Origin: Camelus ferus
Taxonomy: Eukaryota
NCBI RefSeq assembly: GCF_009834535.1
Contig: NC_045696.1
Span: forward strand, 27,096,001-27,160,000
Reading direction: 5' to 3'
DNA length: 64,000 bases
The position numbers and the translations under genes were made by a program. The notes under the pieces were generated by a model. That model was not told where the DNA came from. It ran no database searches and saw only the letters and a program-made list of their open reading frames with translations. Below, piece after piece: positions 1 through 12,760 of the stretch (the stretch's first letter is position 1; the number at the start of each line of letters is the position of its first letter).

Positions 1-1998
1 TTTATTTTTTTCTAACTCACATTTTACTCAATGTGCAGCCCTATCAGAGTTCTGGTTTATGGAGGCCTCTTTGCTTTGATTGCCCTCCAATACTGCTCCT
101 TTGTCTGGTCTCTGCTCCCCATTTAAGCATTTAAACCAAAGTCAATTGGTTGCTGAGACACACTTCCTGTTTTCCATCTTTACACTGCCTACACCATACT
201 ACTGAAGCATCAACTTACGCATGTATGCTCTGGCTTTCAACTTATCAGTTCTTTTGTTGTTTCTGGTTCTTTATTTTTATCTTATTTATCCAGACCTTCT
301 ATATATTTGTGCTGAAAGAATTTTGAAGTTATCTTATTCCACTAAGTTGTTATAATCAGTTACACATCCTGCCTCTACTTACATGTTAACTTTTTCATAT
401 ATATTTTAAAATCAGTTTGTCAGAATTTTTTATTCTAAAGTTTACTGAATGATTTTTTAAAATTATTAGCAGCATTACGTTTTTCCCTTACAAACGTTTC
501 CCATGTCTCATTTTCCCTCATTATAAATTGAAACATGTAAATAATACTAACACAGATCTATAATTAAAACCACAGATTTTTCATCTGTAGAACCTTGTTG
601 CTACCTTTAAATAGAAGTCTTACTTTCTCCTCCTCGTCAAGATACTTTTGCAGGCTTCCTGGTTCCCCAAATCAGTATTGGACCTTGTTTTGATTTTCAA
701 GTTTTCCATGGATTCACTATAGTACAAGTAGTCATGCTTGACTCCTTAAATACATGCTTAACAAAAAAATGTTCTATTTCCAGCTTAGTTTATTAGATTC
801 CAATTTTAGGCTAGCCCAGTTCCAATAAATTATTCCTAATCGTTACCAGAGTTTTAATCAATTCGTTAGTAGATTTTCTAGTTTAGTTCCAGCATCACTT
901 TTTCGTTCATGTCTAATGAAAATTTTCTTTCATTTTCCAGATATATTTGACTACATTTATATTCCAATTTATTCACTTAGATTTAATTTTCTGCTGAAGC
1001 TGCACTCTCTTTACCATTACAAGTCTTTTCTAGTTATCTGTACACTGTTGTGTTCTGCTTTACTTGCTCCCTTTGAAAAGATGTTCATTGCTACTTAAGC
1101 AATTTTGGCATTTCATTTCCACTCCTAGGTCTCTCAACAATCTCTGATTTTTATATAAAGATATGGAATGCTCTAATCATTCATACTAAACTCAATTTTT
1201 TTCACTCTTACAATAAGAATGGATCCCTATTTCCTGTTTTTAAATGTCATTCCAAAAAAACTTGTGTTTGAAGTAATGAGGATGAAAATTCATGACCTTT
1301 TGTTGTGCCTCAACAATCAATCAATTCAAAGAGAAAATCATAAAGTTGTATTCATGAGGGAACTCATCAGAAACCGATCATCACTGTATAGATTTACCTG
1401 GGTTGGGTATCTGAAATAATTCTAGCTTTGATTTTAGAGAATGCCAGCAAGAAATGAGAGCTTGGATAATTTATATGTATGCACATACCTGCTAGTAAAG
1501 TATATCTTTTCCAACATTTTTCCTAGGTGACTAAAAATGGTAAGCAATTTAATCTGGAGTCATGGTTGATACATACACTTTTCACATCACCAACTTCACT
1601 GACATATACACAGCCACCCTCTAATAAGTACTTATTGAATTAAATCCTGTTAGAATTAGCCCACCAAACACTTGTCAACATGCTCTAGATTCCTGAGCCC
1701 TTCTCCTCAGGGGTGTTGAATTAGAAAGGTCAATTGTTTGGTAGTTTACACATCTATCTGAGATCTTTATGGAAAAATATCCTGAAATCACTTCTGAGTA
1801 GCTGGAAGGTCATATTCCCCCAGTATACCCAGTAAGTTGGACAAAGAATTTTAACAAAAAATCCAGATAAGTGATAATAATGTCTATAAATAACTTCAGT
1901 CTGAGGTCATCAGTTCACTCCAAAGTTCTTTTTAGTTATTCCTTTCAAGTGAATTCAAAATCTTATGTTTTCAGGAACTTTAGTGAATGCAACTTAAC

Positions 1999-2174
1999 CA
2001 ATGATTCTCATATAGAGTCACCTGTAAAGCTTGTTGAGATACAGATTGCTGGGCCCCACCCTCATAGTTTACGATTCAGTCAGTTAGGGTTGGGACTTGA
2101 AGTTTTTCTTTTCTGATATATGCCAAAGTACTGCTAAAGTTGCTGGTCCTGACAGCACACTTAGAGAATCATTG
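1999..2174 (-). mobile_element. MER5A-like hAT-Charlie MITE
   Basis: Perfect terminal inverted repeats caatgattctc...gagaatcattg; internal 'cagattgctgggccccaccc' matches the MER5A reverse complement. Confidence 0.85.
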
Positions 2175-2303
2175 TACTACCACATGCACTACTTTTTAAA
2201 ATTTCATTTTTAGCATTCTTGAGCCTCCCTAAATTTATTTTATAATGCTGTATTTTTAATTTGAATACAACATTTGGGACTCCATTATTCAAAGATTAGG
2301 ACC

Positions 2304-2381
2304 TTTTTCTATTCTTTCTCTTCTTTTCTTTTCTTTCTCTTCTTTTCTTTTCTTTTCTTTCTCTTCTTTTCTTTTCTCTTT
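2304..2381. repeat. (CTTTT)n-type pyrimidine microsatellite
   Basis: Directly visible near-pure C/T tract. Confidence 0.9.
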
Positions 2382-3404
2382 AATATCCACTTATTTCTTA
2401 CCTGAACCCCCCTTGTAACATTCTTGAGATGACTGGTCAGTGTACAATGGATTAAGGATGATTATGGATCAAAGTGTGTATTACGCTCTTATTTATTCAG
2501 ATATTTATCTAGTTCCCACCTTGCTCAAAAATTTGAGACAGATAGATCAAAGCAAAGCTAATTAAACCACAAAGTTATTGAAATCAGGACCTGATTTCCT
2601 CAGCCCCTTGTTCTGGGCTGAGTCATCCTGCTTTTAATTACCTTCCCACAATTCAAGAAACCACACTGGACAAGGCAAGAATTATGATGATGCTAGTGAG
2701 ACTGGTCTGAGACTCTGGCCTCATTTTCTAACATACTCCAAATACACTGTCTACAGAATGCCTGAGTTTACTACATTACACTCAGCAAGAAAGTCACCTT
2801 AACTCCTCCATCTATCTGCTGCCTGCCACAAAGCAGATGCAATGTATTTACCGTCAACTGAGAAAGAAATCTATATTTATCCGGATGTGGAAGATGCTGA
2901 ATTTACCGACAATTGACAAATTAATCTGGAACGAGAATGCATATAGAAATAGCCTACAGTATGCCATTATGTTGTGACATAAATATATAGTCTCTTCCCT
3001 CAACTTATGCCAGAAGCAAATGAACAATGTTTCTACAACATGAGTAATTTCTCATCTACATTAGTCTGCCTTACTTTTTTTTTCTGAGTTCTTAACAGCT
3101 GTAAGGGGATTATCATAATAACCACAATTAAATTTACACTTTGAAATCCATATTATCAATTAGTAAAATCTCCAAACACTTGTGTCAAATTACTAATAGA
3201 AAATTTAATTTAAATTTACTTTCTCTCTCCCTGTCTCTGTATATTTATGTGTGTATACACGCATATATGTATACGTACATAGCTCTATAATAGCAATATA
3301 TTATACATCTTAATACAGGCTGCTTAGGCTTTTCATAATGTAGTCAGACAGATTTTCACTGTAACTGTAAATGGATTTATGTCTCCAAAGCTAGTCATAT
3401 TTGA

Positions 3405-3620
3405 TGAGGTGGTACAGTCTAGCAATTAGGAACATAAATCAAAGTCCTTGTATTAAAATCTAGTTTTGTTCCTTGCTCTCTGTATGATATTCAGTAAGTT
3501 AACTATCCCTTCTACAACCTTCTTTTCCTTAATCTTGAAACATGTAGTAAACACATGACCTTATTTTAGATATTAAATTTATATTATATGCAAAGTGATA
3601 GCTTACTGGCTGGTATGTTG
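3405..3620 (+). mobile_element. MIR SINE, degenerate
   Basis: 'tgtatgatattcagtaagttaactatcccttct...ttttccttaatctt' resembles the MIR core. Confidence 0.55.
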
Positions 3621-4699
3621 TATTTATTATCACTGAATTATTAATAGTGCTATTAGTAGTGATTATTGAGTATTAGTAATAGTAGAGTAAATATAATACA
3701 ATTTGTCCTTATTTATTGTATCAGTCAATCATCCTGGCCATTGAGCCCAGTGTGGTGGTAAAAATTTTGTAGTTTATTTTCCTTAAGGGTCAGCTATGTG
3801 TAACAACTCAGTCTCCCTCTAAAGTAGAAACCCATAAACCTTGCTCCTTTAGATCTTACAGAGCTTTGTTCAACAGATATGTAGGTTTAGTTAATTTAGT
3901 AATAGCTGATTCCTATTGAAGCCAATGTGACAGATCTTTCCTACTTACCCTTGCATAGAATACACACTGTACTCATACTGTCCATCAACTATGTAATAAA
4001 TAAGTACTAAAGTTTACAAGAGATCCTGAATATCAAAGAGACTGACTGAGTAGATGCTCATTTAGAACACTTATTGACTAATAAGAAAGAATGAAAATCA
4101 GCACAAATCTAGTACATACAGAAAAGATCACACATTTTGTTTTTCTTGTGCACAAATTCATTTTGGGTAGTTGTCCCTTCACAACTGGAGAAGAAAGCAT
4201 TTTCAACATACTAATGATAGTCAGTATTAAGTCAAAATTTTCTGCCTGTGGCACAACAGTTGCTTAATCTCAGAGTAGTTTATTAGTCATAAGAGATGTC
4301 TGAATGTAGAAATGAGACATTTTTTTGAGAAATAGTTTATCTAAACCTCAGTAGGAGGATTATGCCTATATTTTGATTTGCTTTTGTGAGTGCTTCCAGA
4401 TCTCAGGCAATGTTTACAATAGTTCCCAGCTTTGAAACATCAACTCTCTGCTGATCTAACTCAGCACAAACTGCTTGTCTTTCAAAGACCAAAGGTAATC
4501 TCACAGATTGTTAGGCTATGTTTAGACAACTCTCAAAGCTCATTTTAATTTTGTTCACATTATAAAATATCTACATTTGTATTTTAAGATGCATTGGTAT
4601 TTTCAATTTTATTGATTAAATACATACAAATAAACTTTCAAGTCACCTCACCAAAGTCACCTCACCAAAGATGTGCACAAAGGGGAAAAAAAAGCAAAA

Positions 4700-5885
4700 A
4701 AAAAAAAAAAAAAAAAACAAAAAACAACATTGACCACACTTAGCACTCAGAGTTTAGTTTCCAACTCCATTTTCCAATACAAGAAAACAGAGCTCCTTGC
4801 AAAAATGTCTGATTCCAGCACTGGGCAGGAAATGTGTAAGAAGAGGCTGGAGCATCTTGTAGTTCCAGAAAGTAAGGAAGAGCAAAACAAAAACAGATAA
4901 ATCAAAAAAACCCACACAATAATGAGATACGTAAAAAGGGTTATCAGTGCCAACTGGAAGAACACCCTATGGCCCAAACTGGAACAATTTTACCTAAATA
5001 CAAATGTATGTATATACGTGTGTGTGTATACACATACATTTGTATTTAGCTAAAATTGTATATATATACACACACGTATATACATACATTCATAAAAGTA
5101 AAAGAATAGTATTGGATTATATCCCAAGGTATAGACAAATATCTATGAGTCTGTACCCATAAATAAATACCCGAATAAAAAGGTAGATAGGAAGAAGAGA
5201 CAAATCTCCAGGACAGAAGAATTCAGAATGACTTATGTAGCTACTCCGCCCTAAGGAGAGGGAGCACAACCTCCCCTTCCTCTTGTGTGGGCTGCTCATT
5301 GTTAACTTCCTTCTACTACACTATGAAGAGGAAGAAAAGAAAGAGTAAGTTTACAGTGGAGAAACTGGACAGAACTACCTCAGTCAGGCAATCAAGCTCG
5401 GCGTCAAGAGTGGTAAGTCCTGCTGACAACATGCAGCCCGGATACGACACGATGGGAATGGTGCTTCTCTGGTTTCCTCCCCAAACTCCATTATCCCAGT
5501 CTAATCATGACAAAAACACAAGACAAATCCCAGCTGAGGGACACCTGCCATTACTTCTTGAAATGATCAAGGTCACCAAAAACGGGAAGTCTAAGAAACC
5601 ATCATTAGCCAACAGAAGCTTAAGGAGACATGATTTCTAAATGCAATGTGGTATTCTGGATGGGATCCTAGAACAGAAAAAGAACATTAGGGAAAAACTG
5701 AGGGAATCTGAATAAAGTACGGAATTCAATAATATATCAATGCTCATTTAGTAATTGTGACAAATATACTAATGTAAGATGCTAGAAATAGGAGAAACTG
5801 AGTCTGCTGTATACAGGAACTCTCTGCACTACCTTCACAATAATTCTGTAAATCTAAAATGTTCTCAAACAAAAGGTTATTTTTT
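4700..5885 (+). mobile_element. Old L1 3' end (L1MD/L1MC class)
   Basis: Characteristic 3' UTR motifs 'tttacagtggagaaact', 'cccagtctaatcatga', 'ctggatgggatcctagaacagaaaa', 'ggaactctctgcact...ctgtaaatctaaaa'. Confidence 0.85.
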
Positions 5886-8364
5886 TAAAGAATTATATTT
5901 GAACAATTTAATATGCATTTCATGAATTTCAAACTCAGGCAATTCTCATCAGAGGAAGAATTTGCTGTTGTTTTCTAAAATCACGCAACTATGTAGATAG
6001 CATTCACTTCCATGTATTGACTCTATGCCATGAAGATATTTAACAAATTATTTAAGTGTGGTATAACTGAGCAGAAATAGTGGGGGGGGTGTACAATTTT
6101 AAGTATCACAAATGAAACAGCAATTGATTTCCAGTAATTCTCCTCTGAGCTGAGTTGGTTTTGCATTTGAAAATTGTTCTGAACCAAAAACAGTTCTTAA
6201 TATATTAATATTGATATCTAAAAGGAGAGATAGAACCCCCCAAATTACAACTAATTGGATTTCCTTCTCCCTCCTTTTCCTCAGTTACACTGAAGGTTTG
6301 AGTGTTGAGAGTGTAAGCAGTTTTATGTGTAGAGCCTTTAAGAAAACAATTCATAATAATTCTCTTAACAGGAGTCCTCTTCTACATTACTCATTTTCCT
6401 GAAGCCATTTCTCTCCTTATTTGGTTATACAATTAACTAAAATGATAGTGAGTGTTATGCCTTTAAAACAAAACTAAATTAAATGGTAATGCAGTAATCC
6501 ATCAATTACAATGTGGCTACTGATGGATCCAAATGGCTTAGAATGAAAATATTTTGCTGGATTAATAATATATTTAATGCTATGTACTCACCAATACAGC
6601 AGGGAATAAAATACTGTTTTAGTTAATCTCTCACTGTCAGTGCCTGGAGAATTTTACAATCAAAAGGATGATTCTTTACTAGCAAAAGATGGGCAACTAT
6701 ATTTGGCAGCCCTTTTAAAATAAATCAAATTCTAGATTAACAGCAACAGTAAGTGGTGGGGGAGAGGGATCATTTAAACTTAATATCAGTTAACAAAATA
6801 ACTATTTATGATTAAATGAATTATGGTATTACATTCTTATTCTTTTTTTTTTCCACTGTAGTTTTTGTAAGAAGTGTTTTCAATAGTTTTGTATTTGTGT
6901 GTGTGTATATATATATGTAACAAAATTCTAACATTTAAAGTATAGCTCTGGAAACACACTGTATAATCAAACTGTGGCCCAGAATAAGCTTTAGCTTAAC
7001 ATCAGACAAAAATACCTGGCCATACACAGATGACTTCTCAACCATAGATGGAATGATTTCATTAGTGTTTCTCCACTTCAACTAAACAGAAGTCATTTCA
7101 TCTGAATTTTTAATAATTTTAAAAGATAGCACTGAGTTCAGCAAAGGCAAAATAATATCCCTTGCAGTCTAGAATTTCAGGCAATCTTCAAGGGCATAAG
7201 TTCTCTTTAAAATATCTTTAGTCCAGAACATTCAACACTTAAAGCCGCATTTTATTAGCTGTGTTACATTTCCTGCAAAATTCAAATGGGGATACTTCAA
7301 TAGCAAACCATATGGTCTGCTCCACATTTAGACTTCCTTTTTTTCATTTCCAGAGGAATTTCTCTACATCAAATATGTACAGAAATAGCTGAATATACTT
7401 ATTGTGCAGAAAAAACACAAATTAGTGTTTAGTTACCTCTCCTTAGCAATAAAACTATGAAACACAAGTGGAGAGTCAGACAGAGGGCATCAACTTACCC
7501 ACTTTTCATGCTATACAGCCAGCCTTACAGAAGCCCTCTCACCCACAGGAAAAGACATGCTCTGAATAGCATGGTCATATATTTTTTCCCCAGTGAACCC
7601 CGATTATGGGTCACTTACGCTCAGATGAAAGGAAGGTCTTTTCATCCTTAATTGAAGAACACCAAAGGAAGAAAGGAGACACAAGAAAAATGACCACCAT
7701 GAAAAGGAAGTTAAAATGATTTTATTGAACTGGCTGCATTCCTAGCCACCTAGTGTATGAAGTAATAACAATCAGTCACATTAACACACATGATTAATAC
7801 CAATGACTGATCCTCAGATCCCCCACCATCTATCCATCAGTATCGCAAGGAGGCATTATTCATACTGCTTCTCAGCATGGCTGTCTTCTGTTGCAACACT
7901 GAAATTTCACCTTCCTGGTATCATACATTCTGCAAAATGCAGCATTTAAGTCCAGTAAGCTTGGTGGAAAGTGGAACTGCTTTTAAATTGTGTGTATAAC
8001 TTATAAGAGTTAGTGGCAAAATCAAATCAATTGTAAATCCAAATCATTTGATTTTTGAGGTGCACCTGAATTGTTATATATGGCTGTAATTTATGACCAA
8101 AGAACCTGTGGAGAAAAAAATAAATTAAAAAAAAAATCTAAGTTCTCTCTTTTATGTTCCCACAGAACATTCTTGCCCTCATTTTTAACAGGAGTTTAGG
8201 AATAGATTTGCAGTTGCCCCCAGAGTCAAGGTTGCAGCATTCTTTAATATTAATTTCAGAGAATTGCAGCCTTTAATAGTGGGGAAGAACAATAACTCAT
8301 AAGTTATGGGGGTAATGATTTTAGATTTCATTCACATAAGGCTTAGAGAGTCACAGTACTGAAG

Positions 8365-8490
8365 CCTGTGTTATCTGATCCGGGGGACAGGTATCATTTC
8401 CCCCACTTTTGAGTATGAGAAAACTGAAGTTGAGAGATCACACAACTAGAAAAGAGTGGAACTGTGCTAGATCTTAGATCCTGACTATAT
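8365..8490 (-). mobile_element. MIR SINE fragment
   Basis: 'cccactttt...tgagaaaactgaagttgagagatcacacaactag' matches the reverse MIR core. Confidence 0.6.
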
Positions 8491-9339
8491 ATTTTGAGCT
8501 ATTTTCACTTCCGGTTTCTATGCACTGGTAAGAGAACAGCATTAACTGTAATTCCACAAGTTGTCTTCGTTCAACAGAAAAACCTTTACCATAGAGAAAC
8601 TGTTAGTAAGTGCCAGAGCCATGTTCCTTTAGTATTTCCACACATATTCAGTCAACTGGAGACCGACCTGATTATTCTGTAAGAAATGCCCCATTCCGTG
8701 ATTAAAAATAGTTGTAGTGGCAGCAGAAAGACAATTCAGCATCTACAGTTCCAAGTAAGAATCCAGTTTTCCACCACATGGTATGGACTTCTGCAAGAAA
8801 AGTACTGTTCATGAGAAAAGCACTGTTATCTTGCTCTCAGCCTCTCCAGTGTAGCCCTACTTCCACCCCAAAGAGCTGTCCAAGAGAAGAAGAGCATGAA
8901 GTCCTAAGAGCAGGTTCTCACACATGCTCAATACAAATTAAGAATTGGAATTAAAATAAAAACTCTCTCCAAACCTTTTTTTTAAACCATAGGAGTCAAG
9001 ATATCCCATCTCACATCCTGCTCATTATGCCATTGTCATCGTTGAAAGTAAGGGCTAAGTCTGCACCTTCTTTTATTGTTGGTCTTGACCTTAGCCGAGT
9101 CAGAAAAAGATACATGGTGGTGGGACAAGCAGTGACAGAAGTCACCTCTATATCTCTTTTTAAGTGATGCAAGTTTTTTTTTTTTTGGCTCTAAGAACAC
9201 AGTATAATGTCGCCATTTGTGATTTTGAATTCATGGAAATAAGAAAGTTAAAATAATTACAAGTATTTGTTGTTGTTCTTGTTTTGTTATTCATGGTCAT
9301 CTGAGACAAGACCAGAAAAACAACAGAGGTAGTATTCTA

Positions 9340-9520
9340 GAATAAAGCCATATTTTCAGCATCAAGACTGCCCCAGCCTTTAAATCCTGTCTCTGTTACA
9401 ATTCATTATGGATTTAATCTCTCATGTTTTCTCCAAAATTAGTGTAATAATGTTTAACCTCACATAATTTATAGGAGAATTTCAGAAAGTTATGTATATA
9501 ATATCTAGATGACTCCACAT
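9340..9520 (+). mobile_element. MIR SINE fragment
   Basis: 'tttaaatcctgtctctgtta...tttaatctctc...taataatgtttaacctcac' pattern. Confidence 0.5.
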
Positions 9521-12239
9521 TGTACAACACATGGTATTTCTCCCTATTCCTAGATTATCCGGTAAATGCCTTGAAAAGACTTCTGTAATGTGTGTATGTT
9601 AGGTGTAGTGATTAGAGCAGAATTAGCAGAAACTAAAATATCTTTCAAGATCTCATCTTCTAAGATCTATGTTCATCTCAGCTAAAATGCTCCAAAATTA
9701 TCCTTAGTGCCATCTAACTAAATTGTTGGAAGTCTGTCATCAAAACCTTGTATATTCTGATGAGTACTCAAGAAAATGTCCATAGTCCTATTCCATCTTC
9801 TTCCTTTCTCTCTTTTCAGTCATTCTCTTTCTTTCTTACTCTTCTTTCTTCTCGCCTTTTTCCTCGCTTTTCTCATCCTTCTCTAAAAGATTCAGATGAA
9901 AGTCCAGTTAAGAAGCAGGACCAACAGAGAGACACAGTTGGGTCCTATTACCAGCTCCACCACTTAGCAGCTCTGGGATTTTGGCAGAGTTCTCAACCTC
10001 CGTGATAGTAATACTATAAGCAATTGGGAGAGAGATTCGGCTATTGGTCTAAAGTGCCCAGTTAGTGGTCATGAACTAGCACTTTCTCATCCAGCCTCTC
10101 CCTTTTCTTTGCCTCATTTTTCTTCCTGGTTTCTCTCATTTTTTCCCTCTCTCTTATCCACAGTTTGTTTCACTCTCTCCATGCTTTCCTTTACAAACAT
10201 AACTGTCATTAATCCCCCTTCTCTTCCTTCTTTCGTGTACACTTCTCTCATCTCATTTGCTCCTCTTTTGTTGACCTAAATTGTGTTTATTTTAATGCAG
10301 TAAGAAAACTCAGCAGGGTTTGACAGTTTGTTCTTTCAAGTCTAAAAACATTATTTCAAGCTGTCCTGGTTTCAATCAAGAAAGTTTTAATCTCTTCTAA
10401 AATAACTGTTACATATTCTAGAATTAAAATGATAAAAACAAACATCTAGCTTGATGTATATTAAAACTATTTTTATGTTGTGAATCTTTGATTTGATACG
10501 AAAATCTATATCAAGCAAGTCATTAAACAAAACTTTCAGATAGGAAACACTACTAGACTGATGTCATCTATGCTATTAAAATTTGGCATTTATATTGACT
10601 ATTCATATAAGAAATTATTTTAAAAGTAAAATTCTTTTTATATGACACTGAGTATAAATTGCATGCAAATTTTCTCTAATCAAACAAGTATTTAAGCTAT
10701 TTACTTCTTAGTAAGTTGAAGAATCAGTGAGGTTTGACTTAAAATATGAGTTTATTTTATGACTTTATACTTTCAGTTGAGATTATACACATTATAATGA
10801 TTATGTCTTTCACTGTGCAATTTAATCAATCATTACTGTATTAGCATGTATCAAATATTTTTAGTTAAGTAGTATATTACTGGAAAAATACTCTTCAAGT
10901 TCAGTGAAAGTATCTAGATGAACTACTTTCTGCATCAACTACACTGATAAGAAAATTACATCTGTAGATATTGAAATGTAATTTGGAGTGCTATCTGGTA
11001 TACGGAACTACAAATTAATTATAATATTCTTAGTTATCATCATTTTTTAAAACATCAAGGACAACTCTCCTACCTTTTAAAATGTTATTTTCTTAAGGTG
11101 TTGAGATGGTTGGATGAGTGAAACAGCTACAATATTCTGACTCATGAGTCAGGGTGTGAGTGGACTTCTATCTATGGTCATAGGAGAAGTGTATGCATTT
11201 ATTTTTGATGAGAGCAACTAGTCTTTTCTCTTGCTTCTGTTACTTTATTGATTAATTGGGCAGATAATGAGTGTGATATGATAAATGATTCCGTCTTCAA
11301 TTAACTGTAATTCTTGTGAAGAACAATATTCCAGTAAACTTTTTAAGCTAAACTTGCTTCAGCTATTATGACTGGAAATTTTTCTAGACTATAGACTCCT
11401 TGTGGAATAGACCCATTTTAGAAGTATATTTCTAGTCCATATCCCATCCCCATCCCTCTCTTAAGTGGCAAAACCATTTCTCTACTAAATGACCCTAAGA
11501 AGCAAAAATGGGTGAAACACTGAAGAAGTTTGCAGAAAACCTCCAATATGCTTTGTGAAGAGCAAGAGAGAACAGAAAAGTTGAATAAAAAATCACTGTA
11601 ATATTGTGCACTTCGATGAGGCCTGGTTGACATTATTGATTATATATTTTGAGCTGCCCATTGTGTGATTTTTTTCCCCCAGCAGTATTTATCTGACCAG
11701 GACAAGCACAAAGAAGACAAATACTTGTTTGGGATTTTTTTTTTTTTTACTAGAATATGAGACTAAAAGGCATTCACAAAGATGTTCAGACATGTAGAAA
11801 AATGCATTAAGATGGAAGATAATTTGGAGGTCAGCAAAAAGAAAAAGGTCAAGGACTAGGACAGCTTGAAGAGGTCAAAAAACAAGGGTAGCAGGAGTGA
11901 CAGCATAATCACTGAAAGGATAGAGCTGCTGCTGGAGAGTAAGAAGTACTACTTCTTCAATATTTCAAAGATGGAGCAGTTTCACTGGATAGACAATTCA
12001 GATTCTAACCCTGAGTCAATGAATGAGGAGAGCAAAATAAAGTTTGTCGTCATTAAAATCCTGTTGAGAAATTGGGATGTTGAACTGGTCATCCCCATGA
12101 ACGTAGTCATCACCCACAAGACTCTTCTGATAACCAGTCATGTTATCAAAAGCACTGACATCTTTTGCTTATCTTGTCCCAGCAATTACAACTTAGTTTA
12201 GGTACTCATAATCATTCACTTTAATTGGACATTTTATCC

Positions 12240-12760
12240 TAACTTGGTGTTCCTGATTCCTGATTTACCCACCTCCAGTCCATGTTCTACATAGCTTTGT
12301 CTGATTTTTTAAAAACTCAATCATTTACCTTATTTCCAATTAAAAGTCTACATTGTATACCTATAGGAAAAAGTCCAAATCCATTAGCATGACACAGAAG
12401 ACTCAAACCATACTTTTTTTTTCCTATTGAACAGACTGTTCTTTTTCCCATGTCTATTTCCAATGCTGTCTCTACCTGGATTGTCACCACTCTCCACTCT
12501 CAAACCTTGACACCACTTAAGCCTTGCTGATACAACCTCTTTTATCTGCAGAGTATTTCCTGTGTACCCACTGGCCTTTTCCTATTGTCAAAAAGTGACC
12601 AACATGCCCTTCTTGAAGTCTTCCATCATACTGAGTACATACTTCTTTGTGCACTACATTGAACTGATTTATTCCATAACTTTTCCCCACGAAATGATAC
12701 TTTGAGGCCAGAGATTTGAATTACTCAACATTCGACTTTGAGCATTCAGTAGTTTACAAG
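12240..12760 (+). mobile_element. L2 LINE 3' region, degenerate
   Basis: 'aaaagtccaaatccattagcatgaca', 'tgctgtctctacctgga' are L2-like motifs. Confidence 0.55.

Noticed and set aside
1..1200. Possible very old antisense L1 fragment
   Set aside because: T-rich composition is suggestive, but I could not anchor any diagnostic motif
4640..4670. 14-bp tandem duplication aagtcacctcacca x2
   Set aside because: Ordinary slippage-type micro-duplication
9085..9100. 'cttgaccttagcc', resembling the reverse of the U2 snRNA 5' end
   Set aside because: Only ~13 nt with a mismatch; similarity does not extend
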